Notes: a model not told the origin generated them from the sequence alone. A DNA stretch of 64,000 nt from Gordius albopunctatus (GCA_964276515.1 OZ193910.1:992001-1056000); one strand, 5' to 3'; positions 12,774-45,106 are shown, counted from the stretch's first letter. Made by a program: numbers and translations.

Positions 12774-15700
12774 ATGGCGTCTAATGATCTTTTTTTCGAT
12801 GATAGTGATGTTATAAATTTTCCAACGAGTGACCTAAACCAAAATGAAAATGAATTTTGGGATCGCACACAAAATGAATTGGAACAATTAGAGAGAGATT
12901 TTCCTGATTCTTTGAATATAAACGACAACATGACTAATGGTAAGCATGTATATGAATTTGATAAATTATTATTATTATATCATAGAATTTGGTTTTTATG
13001 ACTAAGTTATAAATTAATAACTTTTTCTAAATATTTTAACTATTATTTGTAAACTTTATAGGAATAGGTGCTTTGCCATCTGCAACTATAAATGACTTTA
13101 TCTCCACCCCTCCAAATGAAAATAATATTGTAAGTATAATGTATTACATATATTGTAAACTTTATACTATTAAAGGAAAATGAGGACAAACTCTCAGATA
13201 AAAGTCAAAGTTCTAAATATTCGGCAATAGCTAAGGCAGATCATGTATATAAGGAACCAGAAAAAATAAAGGCTTGGAGAGAAAAGCAACAGGAAATGTT
13301 AGAAGCTAAAGGTAATAAATAATTTATGTAATTTCATATAGCATCTTTAAATTTGCTTACTGTATAATTTATAAACATATATATGTTTGCTAGATAAAGA
13401 GGAACAAATAAAACAGAAGGAAATGAAGGAGGCAGCTAAAAAAGAGTTAGAAGAATGGGAACAACGATACAAAGAACAAATTACTAAAGCTAAAGAAAAT
13501 AATAGGTATAAATCTTAACAACCTTTTTTCTTGTCCCTTATTTTTTAGTTTTATTTAATAGATTTTATCCTTTATTGATAAAAAAAAATATTTTAGACTA
13601 TTACTCTATATTACTTTAACAAATAAATAGCTTATATATTTAAAGGAACATTTTTCAAAGACATTTGGGGCATTCCATGTCAAATCTATCATAAACACTT
13701 TTTTCTGTTGAACGCCCAATTTTTATTCAATTTGATGAAGATTTAGTAGCTATTGATGTTATAATAATTTTGAAATTTTAAGCTCATTTGACCCACTATT
13801 TTTTGAGCTGTGGGAGCTCAAAGGTCAAAATTAGACTTATTGGGTTATGACGCTTAATTTGAAAACTTTTAAATTTTTCATCCACTAATCTTAATATCTT
13901 TTTGTAGTGATAAGCAAGACTTGTAGCAAAAAAATTGGTTGTTTTCATTTAAAATGTTGTATTCTCTTATAAAATATTTGATACCACAGTCATGAGCTTT
14001 GTCTTGATGAGTTTCTACCATTTTGACTGGGAAAGTGCCATTTTTTGATCATTTAAAATTTTATATAGGTTGTGAAAAACATTGGTTTTAAATTTTAAAA
14101 GGTTTGAGACTAGTCAATGGTATAAATTACATTTTGGAAATTTTCAGATGGCCAATTTACTAAAAAAATATTTCAATTTTTTCCTATAGCGACAGGTCTT
14201 TCCTATTAATACAGCAAGATCTTATGGTTAGGGGATTAATAATTTTTTAACAAATTTAGCATCATGACCCAATGTACTAAAAGCCTAATTTTTGACCAGA
14301 GTATTCACTCAAATGAGCTAAAAATTTCAGAATTTTATAATATCAATAGTTTCCACATTTTCACTAAATTTCATTAAAATCAGAGTAGGTTGGCCAGATT
14401 GTTAAGATATTTTATCAATTGCTATGCATTCTATGAGCTATTCTAGTCACTTTTAAATTTATTTGATGAAATTTATTTGTCCCCATGTTTTTTGTTAAAA
14501 ATTTTATTAACCTCAATGCATTTTTGGACATGACAATTTATTTTTAAATTGTGGGAGGGACTGAATCTAAGAATATTTTTGAAATTATCTTATTTTTTGC
14601 ACCAACAAATTAAATAATTGTAATTGGTTCACAATGTCTAAAAATCATTTTGTAAATAATGATTAAAAAACTAAATTTCTTTTTATTGTATCTTGTGGGG
14701 AAGGTGGGGGTGGGTCATTAATAAAGGAATTAAATTGGCAAATGAAAAATTTGTACCTATATTAATTACCAAATCATTTTTTCATCTACATAATATTTAA
14801 CTGGTTTTACAATAGCTACTATTTAGATTTGTAGATTGTTTAAGCAGTACTTAGCGTTTAATGATGGATCAGTGCTGAAGGAATTATGTCATTTTTGGCT
14901 TGCCACAAGGTGGCTTCTGTTAAGACTCCCTATCAGTGTTGTAAGAACGGCTAGTTTTTTTTTGGTCGACCTTTGCTTTTTTAACTCAGACTAACGCTGA
15001 ACTGTGGTCTCTTTTTCAAATCTCGACTAAGTCTAGAGGTCAGAGGCCAAAGATCTCAATATTTTTGGCCTGTTTAACAAGACTGAACCGTTTTTACAAC
15101 ACTAGTCCCTGTGAAAGGCTAAGATGTTGGTGCACCCAATGAACTTCCTAAAGTTTGTATACATATTGTTATCTGAGAATTGGAGTGTTCCCTCTGCACA
15201 AAACTTTGAGATAATTCACTACAAAGTTTGATATATATATAAGCTATTAAATCTAAATATTCATGTGACTAAAAATTAATTTTGATAATGTAAACTTATA
15301 GCATTTGCGATATTTTAGCCAAAAAACGAATTTTTCCTTTTTTTCATATGAAATGGACTTTAGAACAATACAATTTTCCCCCTAAATTTTTGTATTTTAT
15401 GCTACCAAATATCAATTTATGTTGGCAAACTAATTAATACTCTTTCCCATATCCTAAGAAGCTTTACAGCCCGGTTCTGCCGCACTTTGAGAAATTGGTT
15501 TTTTATATATAACAATTATTTAAACTAATTATCAACTCTCTGAGGGATAAATATACCCATTTGTAATATCCATGCTAAAACTATTACTAACTATAAAAAA
15601 TGATATTTTGCTTTGATAGGTTGCACGAAGAGGAGCTCGCGGATAATCGGGAAAGTTACGACCCGGAAAAGGCTTGGGAAAACGTGGCGGCCTTGTGCGA

Positions 15701-15905
15701 TTTCAACCCGAAAAATAGTAAGCACACCAAGGACGTAACTCGACTCAGATCTATCATCCTCAAACTCAAATCACACCCGATCGGTGTTGAGGTGCGAGGT
15801 GGTGCTACAGCTGGCAGTAAGAATAAATCGTCGAACCGCAAAAATACTACCGGCACCAATATCCCTAACGGACACCTGGAGGAAGATGGGGGCGACTCTA
15901 CCTAA
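12774..15905 (+). CDS. Clc: Clathrin light chain (255 aa)
   Basis: Exons 12774-12939, 13062-13129, 13176-13311, 13394-13505, 15620-15905 (768 nt, in frame). Conserved motifs EPEKIKAWREKQQEMLEAKD, AKKELEEW...KENNR and WENVAALCDFNPK...KDVTRLRSIILKLK. Confidence 0.95.
13715..14385. mobile_element. Degenerate MITE/foldback element with long imperfect inverted arms, in Clc intron 4
   Basis: ~13715-13865 and ~14250-14385 are imperfect reverse complements (e.g. TTTGAAATTTTAAGCTCATTTGA vs TCAAATGAGCTAAAAATTTCAGA). Exact termini and TSD are not resolved. Confidence 0.6.
14934..15104. mobile_element. Small hAT-type MITE
   Basis: TIRs CAGTGTTGTAAGAACGG / CCGTTTTTACAACACTA and imperfect 8-bp TSD CTCCCTAT/GTCCCTGT. 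Related ends occur at ~9324, ~30499 and ~59400. Confidence 0.7.
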
Positions 15906-17077
15906 AACTCCACATAAGCCCCCCTCTCCTCTCTCGAGAACAACCCGACATCTATCCATCGTAACGATCATAAGAAGATCGAGCAAACCAATCTTTAGAT
16001 AATTTATAAACTACACTTACTCTGTCATGATATGCTATATGTGCGCAGAGGCCTACATCTTACGAACGTTTTTATTTATATGCCTGTGAGTATATTTTTC
16101 CGTAATTCTTTCATCTCATTAAATTACTACACGACGCATATCTTTTCGTACATTTACATAAACATCACTATTTCAACATCTTTCACCCTCTGTTCTCAAT
16201 ACTTAAAACTTTGTGTCTAACCAGTCCCCAAAATTGTCTAAGTTTTTTCTCTCCGCAGCTTTCATCCAAAATAATCGTTCTCGTATGCTAAGCATGCTAC
16301 ACTTTTAAAGGCACACGTCATTTGTTTGAATTTGTATTTCCACTTCATCTATATCGCATAGCTGTGTCCGTTTTATAATACGTGCTGAACACTAGCATTT
16401 GCTATGATCCTTGGCCTTACGGTTCGACTCGGTGGCTAGTAACTTGTATGGAGATTGACAGTTTATCTCAACGCTGTGCATCATTTTGTACACTAACCAC
16501 TATATATATTCTTGATTTTTATGTCCATACAAAATAATAAAACATTCCCTTTACTCTATTGCCTAAAGACGTACCGGATTCTTCATATTTTGCTATTCAT
16601 ATTGATTGAACTATTAATAATTGTACTTAAGAATTAAATGGTAAACTAGGAAAGTTGTGCAAATCCCTGTTTACGATTACTAATAATCCCACCCAAAACA
16701 TTAATTACTATGCAATTTTTTAATTCAATGCTTGGTTCAAATTCTCAATCCCGATCTTTTTAAGGTGGAGGGGGGGTTGCCCTCACCTATTATTCACAAT
16801 TGAGCATATGAAAAAAATGGGAAGTAGAGTAGTGCAGAGAAAGTAGGGAGGAGAGACAGGAATAAGCGTACACTAAGCAATTACAACACATCCACTTCGA
16901 ACCTAATTATTCTAAAAACATGACAGATAGGAACAAAAACTAAAAACACATTCGTGCGCACCAAATAATATATAAAAATCTGTTAGATGCTTCATGGTTT
17001 TTATTTTTATGACCTGGTTGAAAAGTTATTACAGCTGTTACTTAATTTCTTGTGTACTCTATAGTCAACATCTTGGG

Positions 17078-17404
17078 ATGGCAACTTCAAATTTAGAATC
17101 TAAACAAGTATCGTAAATTAAGTTATTTTAAACTGTTGTAGTTTAAAGAATTTTTAATTTCTTACAATAAAATATCGGAATCATGCTTTTCAGACTGTGT
17201 ATATGATTTCACGTCTCGCTCAGTATCAGATAAAGAAGTACATGTACATTAATGAATCAATATTTATTAATGTAGCTCTCCTGCGTCAATAATTGCCTTG
17301 AAAAATATTTAAAAATGACACAGCGCCTATCTTTAAGATTTCAAGAATATCAGTTACAACAGCATGAACTTGCGACTCCAAATAATATAACAGGAAAAAC
17401 GTGA
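17078..17404 (+). CDS. TIMM9: Mitochondrial import chaperone Tim9 (84 aa)
   Basis: Exons 17078-17107, 17142-17237, 17276-17404 give [73 protein letters not shown]...*. It has the twin CX3C motif and the Tim9-type DFTSR and KYLKMTQR...RFQE motifs. Absent from the ORF track. Confidence 0.95.
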
Positions 17405-18399
17405 TAAATACTTTAGCCTTAATAAATGTGTTAACGTTTAAAATTCATGTGCTAAGAATATTATAATTTAAATATTTGTCTATAGAAATCTATTAAAATC
17501 TTATCTGAGGATTTTAAGTCATAAGATAGTATTAAAATTTGGTTAAATAAATATTAGTTTCAAATTTATCAATAATATTTTAAGTATAACCTTTATTTTT
17601 GGTGACAATTTGTTATTTTTGTTTTACAAATCACTAACTACCCTATATTTACTTAATACATTAGATTTTAATTTTTTTACTAATATACATTTTAAGATAA
17701 GAAGGGATGAAAAGTATTAATAGTTAGTTTTCAATGATCTCTAAATGATGCCACATATTTGATTTCATTTTTGCTTAATTAGCAGCTCTGCATATCTTTG
17801 GCAAAAGTTGTATTTGATCAATTGGCTATCTCTTTGATATGTCAATCCTGGTTATACATTTGCATGATTAAGTAGATTTAATCTACACTTATATTACTAT
17901 TTTCTCTGAATTTGTCTTTTCTTACTTATATTGTTCTATGCTACCCACGTTAAGATAAAAACAAATAATTTATTACACAGATTCTTATTCCAGTAACATT
18001 GCAATTTTTAATGGTGTTGATGTTATCACATTTTGTGATTATATACTTTTATAATATAGTTTTAAAGGTAAAAATATTTCTGGGCATGTAATATGTGCAA
18101 CTAATTACTTCTGATACTAATAATGGGAAAAAGCATCCACTAGCGCCTTTCTGGTTTTCGTAATCTATAATTAACAACTAACTCCTAACCTTGCAACAGA
18201 AAGCTTGGGCGTCCTCTTTAAAAGACGCACACTGCATCTACTGCCCCTGCAATGTGAAAAATACACTAAGGTTACCGCCCGACTCACAACAAAGGCCTGA
18301 TAAGGAAGTCAATTGTGGATAGAATGCGAATAAAATGCTGGAATGTGGGCACGTTGACGGGAAAGAGCAACGAAGTCGCACAAATGCCAAAAAGAAGAT

Positions 18400-20095
18400 A
18401 AGTACACACATCCTGCTTACAGAGACCAGATGGAAAGCTAATCGTTCAAGAACAAGGTGGTAGAAGGCAAGCATTGGGGGCCCCCTTTACGTTATGTGCG
18501 CCTATGCTCCCCAAATTGGGTATATGGAATCAGAGAAAAATATATTCTTCTATTCATTGGAAAAGGAAAAACGAGTAATAAAACAGGAAGAAAAGCTAAT
18601 TATTGGGGCAGACTTCAACGTCCACCTAGGAAAAGATGGCTCTGGTATTAACGAAATCTTGGAGGCTATGGGCATGGTCTGAAATACAAGGAACGAGAAA
18701 CACCTCTCCAACTATCACAAGTATACGGCCTGGCGATCTTTAACACTTATATCTAAACTAATTGTAACTTATAGAAGTGTCAAGCATTTTAGTCAAATCG
18801 ACTATTTGCTCAAACGGCAAAAGGGTTTATGGAGAATCAACAAATTGAAACTAATATCGGAAGCAGAGGTCAGATTTGTTTAAATTTTTCTGCCCGAATC
18901 CGGCCCGGTCCAAATTTTTAACTAAATTGTCCTCCTGAACCCTTCTAAGTGTCCGCTCGGCCATGCTCAAACCATTAGAGCTGCCCGACCTGATTAATAA
19001 AATTTTAAATCTAATTAAGAGTTAAGATCAAGCACGATATTTTATATAATAAAAAGATTTAAAAATATAAAGCTTGTAAACCAATGGACAGGTACAGCCT
19101 TTGCATAAACTTTGAACGGACAAATCAAATCTCCCCAGAGTTTTTTTTTAAATATTATATCATCGCTGGCAAAACCAATCATACGCCACACCATTTTAAT
19201 TGATAAATAAAAAAATTTTTAAATTAGTATTTCTTACTTTTATATTAAATTTTTTCATTTGAAGCAAAAAAAAGAATGGTTGCGAATTAGTTATGTATTA
19301 TAAAAATAAGTGGGAATCAAAAAGGCTGAACGAAATTTTATTTGTTGCAAAAAATTAATGAATTAGAATTAAATACTTATATGCGCATACATTGTGTGAA
19401 AATGGCATGAGGCGGCCTCTGTTTTTAGCCTAGACGGCACACATGTGTATTTCGAACAATGAAATGATGGCTACATAAATATAAATAATTCAATACTCCA
19501 TAAACGTAGCTATGGATCTGAAAGAAATGGACTGGGGCAAAGATTAAACATGGTGGGGGGGGGGGTGGCAGCATTCGCGAACGCGATATACAATCTAATA
19601 AAAAAGTAAGAAGATAATTTACTAGGATTTGTGCCCAAATCTTATCAGCGTGCCCCCCTCCCCTCCGTGCCCGCCCGAAAATTAAAATTTAAGACAGCTG
19701 GGCATTTCTGGTCTCTGATCCAGAGAACAAATCGCTAGACAACGTCCATTTTTATAGATCTCGAAAGAAAATTTATGAACTTCACGAAAGGCTAAATTAT
19801 ATTTAGACCAACTTAAAGTAGGGAGAATGGCATCACAAAGCCTCCATACTCTTGGGCGCCCGAAGTATCGACGAAGATTGGGAGACGTTAACTGTGGACT
19901 TAATAGAACGGCGATTCCGATTTTAGGACGGAAAAGGAGGCAAGGCTATGAATAAGGAACTATGGTGGTGGGATCAATCGGTTATGGATTTCATCGAAAG
20001 AAAGAAAAATTTATATAGACGGCGGCATAAATAAAATAAAAAGTCGGAGGACTATTCACATTATAGGGAGGCAAAGAGAGCCGCGAAAAGCCATA
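18400..20095 (+). mobile_element. Degenerate RTE-like LINE APE-endonuclease region, split by a MITE
   Basis: Fragments translate to LTETRWK, AYAPQIG, LIIGADFNVHLG and SQIDYLL. After the MITE come KELWWWDQSV and YREAKRAAK. Many stops and frameshifts. Confidence 0.78.
18864..19717. mobile_element. hAT-type MITE (same family as 8720-9153)
   Basis: Starts CAGAGGTCAGATTTGTT...CTGCCCGAA and ends TTTCTGGTCTCTG. The TSD is degenerate. Confidence 0.72.
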
Positions 20096-21359
20096 TAAAA
20101 ATTTTAATAAATCAAGGCAATATATAGTATAAAAATTAAAAATTTTTGTAAAGTCTATAATCGGACTCGAGACGGGGATGAGAGAGATCGAAACACTAGG
20201 TGCTTTTACATCCTCCGACCAAGGGGGGAATTATTTATTGTTTCTAGTCTGGGGATTATTTATTTGTACGGTTATTCGCCAAATCTGTGATACTCCAAAT
20301 ACTAGTTTATTCACTCAAATAACTATCATACAATTCCGGACAAGGGCAATAATTGTTAACATCACAATAATAGCGCGGGAATATAATTTCTAGCGATTAC
20401 AGGGGGGGGGGGGGGAATCGGGTTTACAGTGGAGAAATTCTCATTCTACGCGAGAAAATCCTATTTCTCTGTCTTGTATCGATTTTGCTGGGACTTATAT
20501 AGGTTTATGATTTTCTTGCCCTGTATCTTTATCCTTGAAACTTCTTTTATTTTTGACCCATTTTACCGCGCCAATCTCGTGATGAATGGCCCTTCACTTC
20601 CATGGCTTTTCCACCGCCTTTGGAATCCTCAGCTCACAGTTCTAGGTTTCCCCTACCTTTCTTATGCCAATTCAATATTTATTACCAGGTTATGTCGTAC
20701 CCTTGCTCCCTTCTGCTACTTTTTTCAGGCCAAGTCTTAATTTATAGCTGTATCCGTGTACTATTCAACTACCAACCCAAATTTCGGTAACCTTCCTTCT
20801 CCCTTCGTTTGTTTTTCATCTTATCACGTGCCCATTCCTTATAAGGGCTGATTCCCTTTTTAAGAGCTTCTCATGGATATGACAGGTGCCATAATAGACT
20901 CCTGCAAAATAAATTTTAAACCTAACCCGACGCGAGGTTGGGTTTGGGTGACCCCTTGAGGACTCTGTTGGTAGCACTTGAGACTTAAGAGGTATAAAGA
21001 GCAACCTAATGCCAAAATATTCTCTTAAAAATAAAGAAGTGTGCTCTTGTTTAACTAGAGGCCGAATTAAACTCAAGCTAATTTGATTTTTTTATCTTTA
21101 ATTGTAAATGAATTTTTCTAAAAAGTTGAACTTGACTTTCCCCACTTAACCAGATAATTTAAACGTTCATTATTATTTGTGATTCTTATGTTACAAAGAG
21201 TAAATTAGGTTGATTATATTAATTTTTTTTATAAAAGTTAGTTATCAAAAATGCCGTGGCAATATAGCCCCAAAAAAGGTTAAAATGAGCATTTTTGCAC
21301 CTTCAACCTCGTTTGTCTAAAAAACTGGAAGTTTTGGGAGAAAACTAAAAAGTTCATTA

Positions 21360-23697
21360 TTTAGTGCGAAATTCTCTGTCAGAATCATTGGCCTGGTTGT
21401 AGGATGGAATCACAAAGTCAAGACCTGTGTAATTAATGTGATGGCAGATGGAACTGGGCGTGGGAAATTTTCCTGCCTTTCATCTCGCATCCAAAATAAT
21501 ATAAGCATTGCTTTTTTTAATTGTGAATTGGTTAACCTCACACCATATTGATAATATATGTTGTCAAAACACAGCAAGACTGTATAATTTTATTGTTAAA
21601 ATAATTATATACGATTTACAAATAAACATGGTACATTTGCGATAATAGTCAAAAAGATGGAGACGTTGTATTTTCCACTATAATATCTCTAAGTAGTAAA
21701 TGTAAAAGCGACGAACCCTGTTGTGCCTCTCAGGCTTATCTGTACATATAAATGCTTATTATAAATTTCACAAATTAGAATGGCAATCATCGTAATCTTA
21801 AATTTAAATACGAACTAGCGATCTTACTTAATAGTACTTTGGTATAATATTGAAGGTAAAGGAAAAATTTAGCTTTTAACAAACTAGTTAAACTTTGTAT
21901 ATTGACCTCTATCATGGCTGTATACGTGGAAAGGATATAATATCTAATTAGATTTCGTTAAAAGTTTAATCAAGCTTCGCTTTAAAATAAGATAAAAAAA
22001 TATTTAATGAATTGAAGCTTAATTGATTCATATCAAATATTGGTCTAAAATGATTAAGGACTTATAAAGACTTGTAATAATCCTAGATGAAAATTATGGG
22101 ATATTTGAGTCAATTTTAAGAAACCTTATAAATTTTGGAGACGAGAGTTAACTATACATGAGCCTATATCCCATTTATAGTTATATTTATTCTGAAAGAG
22201 TATGACAAATGACTACACAGTTAAAATTTTATACGTCAGCAATCATGGGCCTAGCCAGGGAATTTCTCGAAATTTAGTCTAATTATGGCTAAAATTTTAA
22301 AAAATGATTATTTTGCCCCTCCCTAAATCATGATTGCCCCCCTTTAATTCCAATGCTAGCTACCCCCTATCCAGAAATAGTGGATCATATATCAATTGGT
22401 TGCTTACATTCAGTGCAAAATTTTGATCAGCTGCAACAACAAAAACCATGTTGTACGTATATAAATTTCTGAACCTAGGTCCGACTGTAAAAGTCAAAGT
22501 GTTGGCTCCACTATCTAATGTCGCAGCACTACTCATTCCTTGCGTAGCTGTCAATACCATGTTTGCCAAAGCGCTGTTTGTTATTGCTTTGTCGAATAAT
22601 GACGAATTAATTTAAAAATTCATTATACGGAGACACTTCATCTGGTATATATTCTAAAAATTATATCGCTTTATTATTGGGGCCACCTAAAACGCTTTTA
22701 ATAAACTCGGTTGTGCTATAGACACTCCCTTGTACTTACAAAGGATAGCTATTTCGTGCAAATATAGCCTAAACAAATAAACTCTTTAATGTTTATTTCC
22801 GATCATCTCTCATTTTCATTATGACTAATTTTACTTTTATATGAAGATATGTTTAAATGTACAAAGGTCTAAATATACAAACCAATGTTAGTGTGAATGA
22901 TCTAGATCCGATAGTTTTATGATCAACTAAAATCATAGTGATCAACAAGGAAAATTATCCTCATAACCTTTCATAACTTTAAAACAACATATGAAATGAA
23001 CAAATCACATAAAAATGATTACTTAATGTTGCGTAGTTAATAATGGTGACTTCTAATCTAGCGTTACATGCCTCGTTAACCCCACTAAGTCGGACATCAA
23101 ATGGATCACCTGTTAAACAAATTAATTATTATTCATAAAGTTTTTTATCTTATCGTTTTTACTACTATAATTAAAAATCTTAATATTGCAAATAAACAAT
23201 GAGTAAATTACTTTAAAATTTTAATTATATTATAGATGCTTAGTATGTATATTTATAGAAGGTTTAAACTAAGGTTATATGATAGTCGATCAGGTTTATA
23301 TAAATGTAGTGTTGTAATATTAATTAAGGCATTTTACTCATATGCTAATCACTGTCTATTAAAATATCAAATAATATCATATAATTATACATCTAATTCT
23401 ATGCAACACTGAATAAGATTCAAACCAATTTATAAACCTTACTGAGTCTTAAACTACTAATATATGAATGTGTTTTAAGATTACTATTAGTGAACACGCC
23501 TCGATCGATTCCAAGATTGGCTGGGGTTTGGTCCAACGTGAATGCATTAAAATTTATTCTACACACTTGCTCTAAACAATGTCAAATATTACAAAGTTGT
23601 AATATGCTTTAATTGTAATTCCCAGAATTTAAATTAATCTACCTGTGATTCCGATAATGGATATGATCAGAAAAAGGAAGAAGGGATGAAAAGTCAT
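21360..23697 (-). pseudogene. Spliced pseudogene-like locus encoding an unrecognised secreted-type protein
   Basis: Phase-compatible GT-AG exons 23697-23643 (MTFHPFFLFLIISIIGIT, signal-peptide-like), 23571-23443, 23109-23023, 22768-22740, 22653-22408 and 21739-21620, plus a decayed last exon from 21579. The first three exons are open; the next three each carry one in-frame stop. No family recognised. Confidence 0.6.
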
Positions 23698-24658
23698 TAC
23701 AACGTTTTAATGAAGTTGAAATTTTATTTTTAAAAACTTAAGTTAAAGGTTAGTTTGATGGAAAATATCGCATTACATTTACCTTGGCCCCGTGTAAGGT
23801 ATTGATAGTCAGTTTTTACAAAGTATTAATTTCACATTGACTGTCATATATACCTTTATAAAATACTTGGCAAAATGGAATGAAAGACGCTAGACCCTAA
23901 CTATTTAAAGCATCCTTTTTGACATTCATAGCATGACTTTTTTTTAACTTAAAGTCTTAAGTTTACTTCTTTATCATGACCAATTGAAATTGTAAACAAT
24001 TTCCAACTGCAAAAATGTAATTCGTATACTGAATATAAAACTCCTATGTTTGGTTATCGAACACATTATGTCACTCAACTTAGGCTTAAAAAGACGAGTC
24101 GCACCCACGAAGATATGTATTTGATTCAATATTTAAAGGGGTTACTTAACAGTCGTTAATATAGGTCGCAAGTGGCTCTCATTTTCATATAAATTAAGAG
24201 CGATCTTTTGAGTCAAAATCATAAAGTAGAATGTTCATAATAATACAATGTTAAATAATGGACCTATGCCAACTCTCATTTTAAATTAGGAATTCTTTTT
24301 TAATTTTATATAAATCATCTAAACTTTTTTCTATACAATATCCACTGTTAAAATTGATTCTAAAGCAAATTAAAAATTTATTTAAATTCTTGGCTTAATC
24401 GATACTTTATATTTTGTAAAACCCTCTAATACTTAACTTAGCATATTGTCAACTACTTTAAATCATTTTATTATATAATACATAATTTGAGTATAAATTA
24501 ACGCGTTGGCGCGTACAAAAACAACTACACGCACGTTTATCATTTCGTTTAGCGACCTATAAGTCATATTTCACGGGGTCATTTCCATTTCCTCCACTAT
24601 GTTGAGGTTATTAAGATCACAAGATAGGCCGAGAGCCCTAAAAGGAGGGAGATCAATT

Positions 24659-43234
<18,576 letters not shown>

Positions 43235-44978
43235 GCTAAAGCCTTTTCAAATGCTTTTCACGGCGAGAATATGATGGGCAAAAAATCCATAAGTTCCGGC
43301 TCCTTTTTATCGAAAAGAAATTGGAATTTTGGCATTTTGAAAAATATTTTATGTGTGATGAGGTAAGGGCTAATTGCGACAGTTGTGGTGTGTAAAGTGA
43401 AGGCTAACATTAATGGACTCTAAGTGGTTTACTCCTTTCTTCGACTAAAAGCCTTTCCAAGGAATGACATCGGTAGTTGTCGTAATATCTATAATCAAAT
43501 TACTATTATTCATAAACAATCACGTCAAATTCAATTAAATCAATTTTAAAATCGAATAGTGTTTTTGAAATGCTATGTTTCGATACACACACTGAACAGT
43601 TATAGTATAGCATTGTTGTCGTTATTTTTAGCATATAAATTTAATGATTTTCCTGCTCTACATTAAATGATTCGACTTGAATGAAAGGCAATTAAGATTT
43701 ATATAATATAATATATATCTCTCTAGAGAATTCCCTCCGACACTTTTGATTTATGTATGACGGTTTTGATTTAGCCAATCGCAACAAAGTAACCACATAT
43801 ATATGTTGCCCATATTAACCACTTGTTATATTATACAAGCTGCTTAAAAGTTAGGTATTTTTATACAAATAATTCATGGGTGTAGTCAGCATTGGAATCA
43901 GAGGGGGGGGCAATAATGATTTAGGGAGGGGAAAAGTTATCATTTTCAGAAATTTTAGCCATAATCTTGATAAATTTTAACATATTTTCAGATTTAGAGG
44001 TCCCTGCTCCCCTTGCCTACGCTACCTGGATAGTTTTTTGTTAGAAATGATTGGATAGTTGAAAAATTAAATGTAAAATTGTATATGGCAAGTGTCTAAT
44101 TACCTTAAATAGGGTATCCAGAAAATCTATGGCTCGAAAGGCAATTTTTTTCGTAACAGAATTTCGTCTGAGCTATGATTGATTGTTGAAAGTCCGACAA
44201 CCCCCATAATAACTATTTAATTGATTTTTGATCTGGATTTGATTGATAGAGTGAGGTAATAATTAGGAATTCCATTAATATCTACATTTGACCCCCAAGA
44301 TATTTATGAGGGGGGGGGGGGGGTAAAAACGAGGGACCGCCCAATTTTCGTACCTGTACAACAGTTAAATTTTTCGCCCGTAAAAATCGATTAAAAGGCC
44401 TTTCGTTTTATGACGGTCTCGATGATCTAAAGGTCTACAAACCAGACGCACAATCTCAAAAATGGTAAAAAGGGAATTAAATTACAAAAATATTTTTAAG
44501 ATGGGCAGATAGTGCTTTTTGCTTGAATTCTCGCATTTTCATTACTCTTTACATACGAAGGAGGGAAGAACTACAAACAGCAAGATGCGGCCTGCCTATT
44601 TCTTCTCTCAACTAAAGCGCGTTTTGATTTTAGCATCATTATTTTTATCGGATTTTGCATATATGCACTCTCTTCTCTAAGGGGGTTAATCTTCTCCCCC
44701 TTTGCCCCCCCCCCGCCTTTCCCCTACCCCCATATCCATATAAGAAATGGGTTCGCCTTACCCATTCAACTATAATCCAATAACTCCCCCTTACAGGAAT
44801 CTTGGACCTTACAGATAACAGACAGTTTGACTATGTGGCTGCATAAATCTTGACACTTTTTAATCATAAATGTTATGGACACTGTTGAATTACTTTGCAA
44901 ATACTAAATTTTGGAATAAATTATATGAGATTACAATAGAGATTTTATAGTTGTGTCATTTGTAATAAGTGTTATCGA

Positions 44979-45106
44979 CATGGAGGTCCTCTAAATTCAA
45001 AAAAAATCTTAGAAATTTAATCAAATTATGGTTAAAATTAAATTTTTTTGCCTCTACCTCATGCATTATTGCCCCCCCCTCTAATTTGAATCCTGCCACT
45101 CCCATG
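44979..45106. mobile_element. Short G/C-run MITE copy with perfect TSD
   Basis: CATGGAGG ... CCACTCCCATG with perfect 8-bp TSD GTTATCGA. Confidence 0.82.

Noticed and set aside
16405..16445. GGTTCGACTC B-box-like motif suggesting a tRNA
   Set aside because: No acceptor stem, D arm or anticodon arm can be built; it lies in the probable Clc 3' UTR (AATAAA at ~16536).
17680..17860. Minus-strand peptide vaguely like a GIY-YIG/Penelope end, sharing GAAGGGATGAAAAGT with 23680-23694
   Set aside because: Multiple stops and only a 15-bp match; too weak to call a paralogue or an element.
20430..21076. ORFs of 62-103 aa in a less AT-rich patch
   Set aside because: No recognisable motif or splice structure; probably an old retroelement remnant that I cannot classify.
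21620..22768. TAA/TAG reassignment (alternative genetic code) to explain the in-frame stops
   Set aside because: slo, Clc and COX5B terminate at TAA, and no conserved gene here has internal TAA/TAG.
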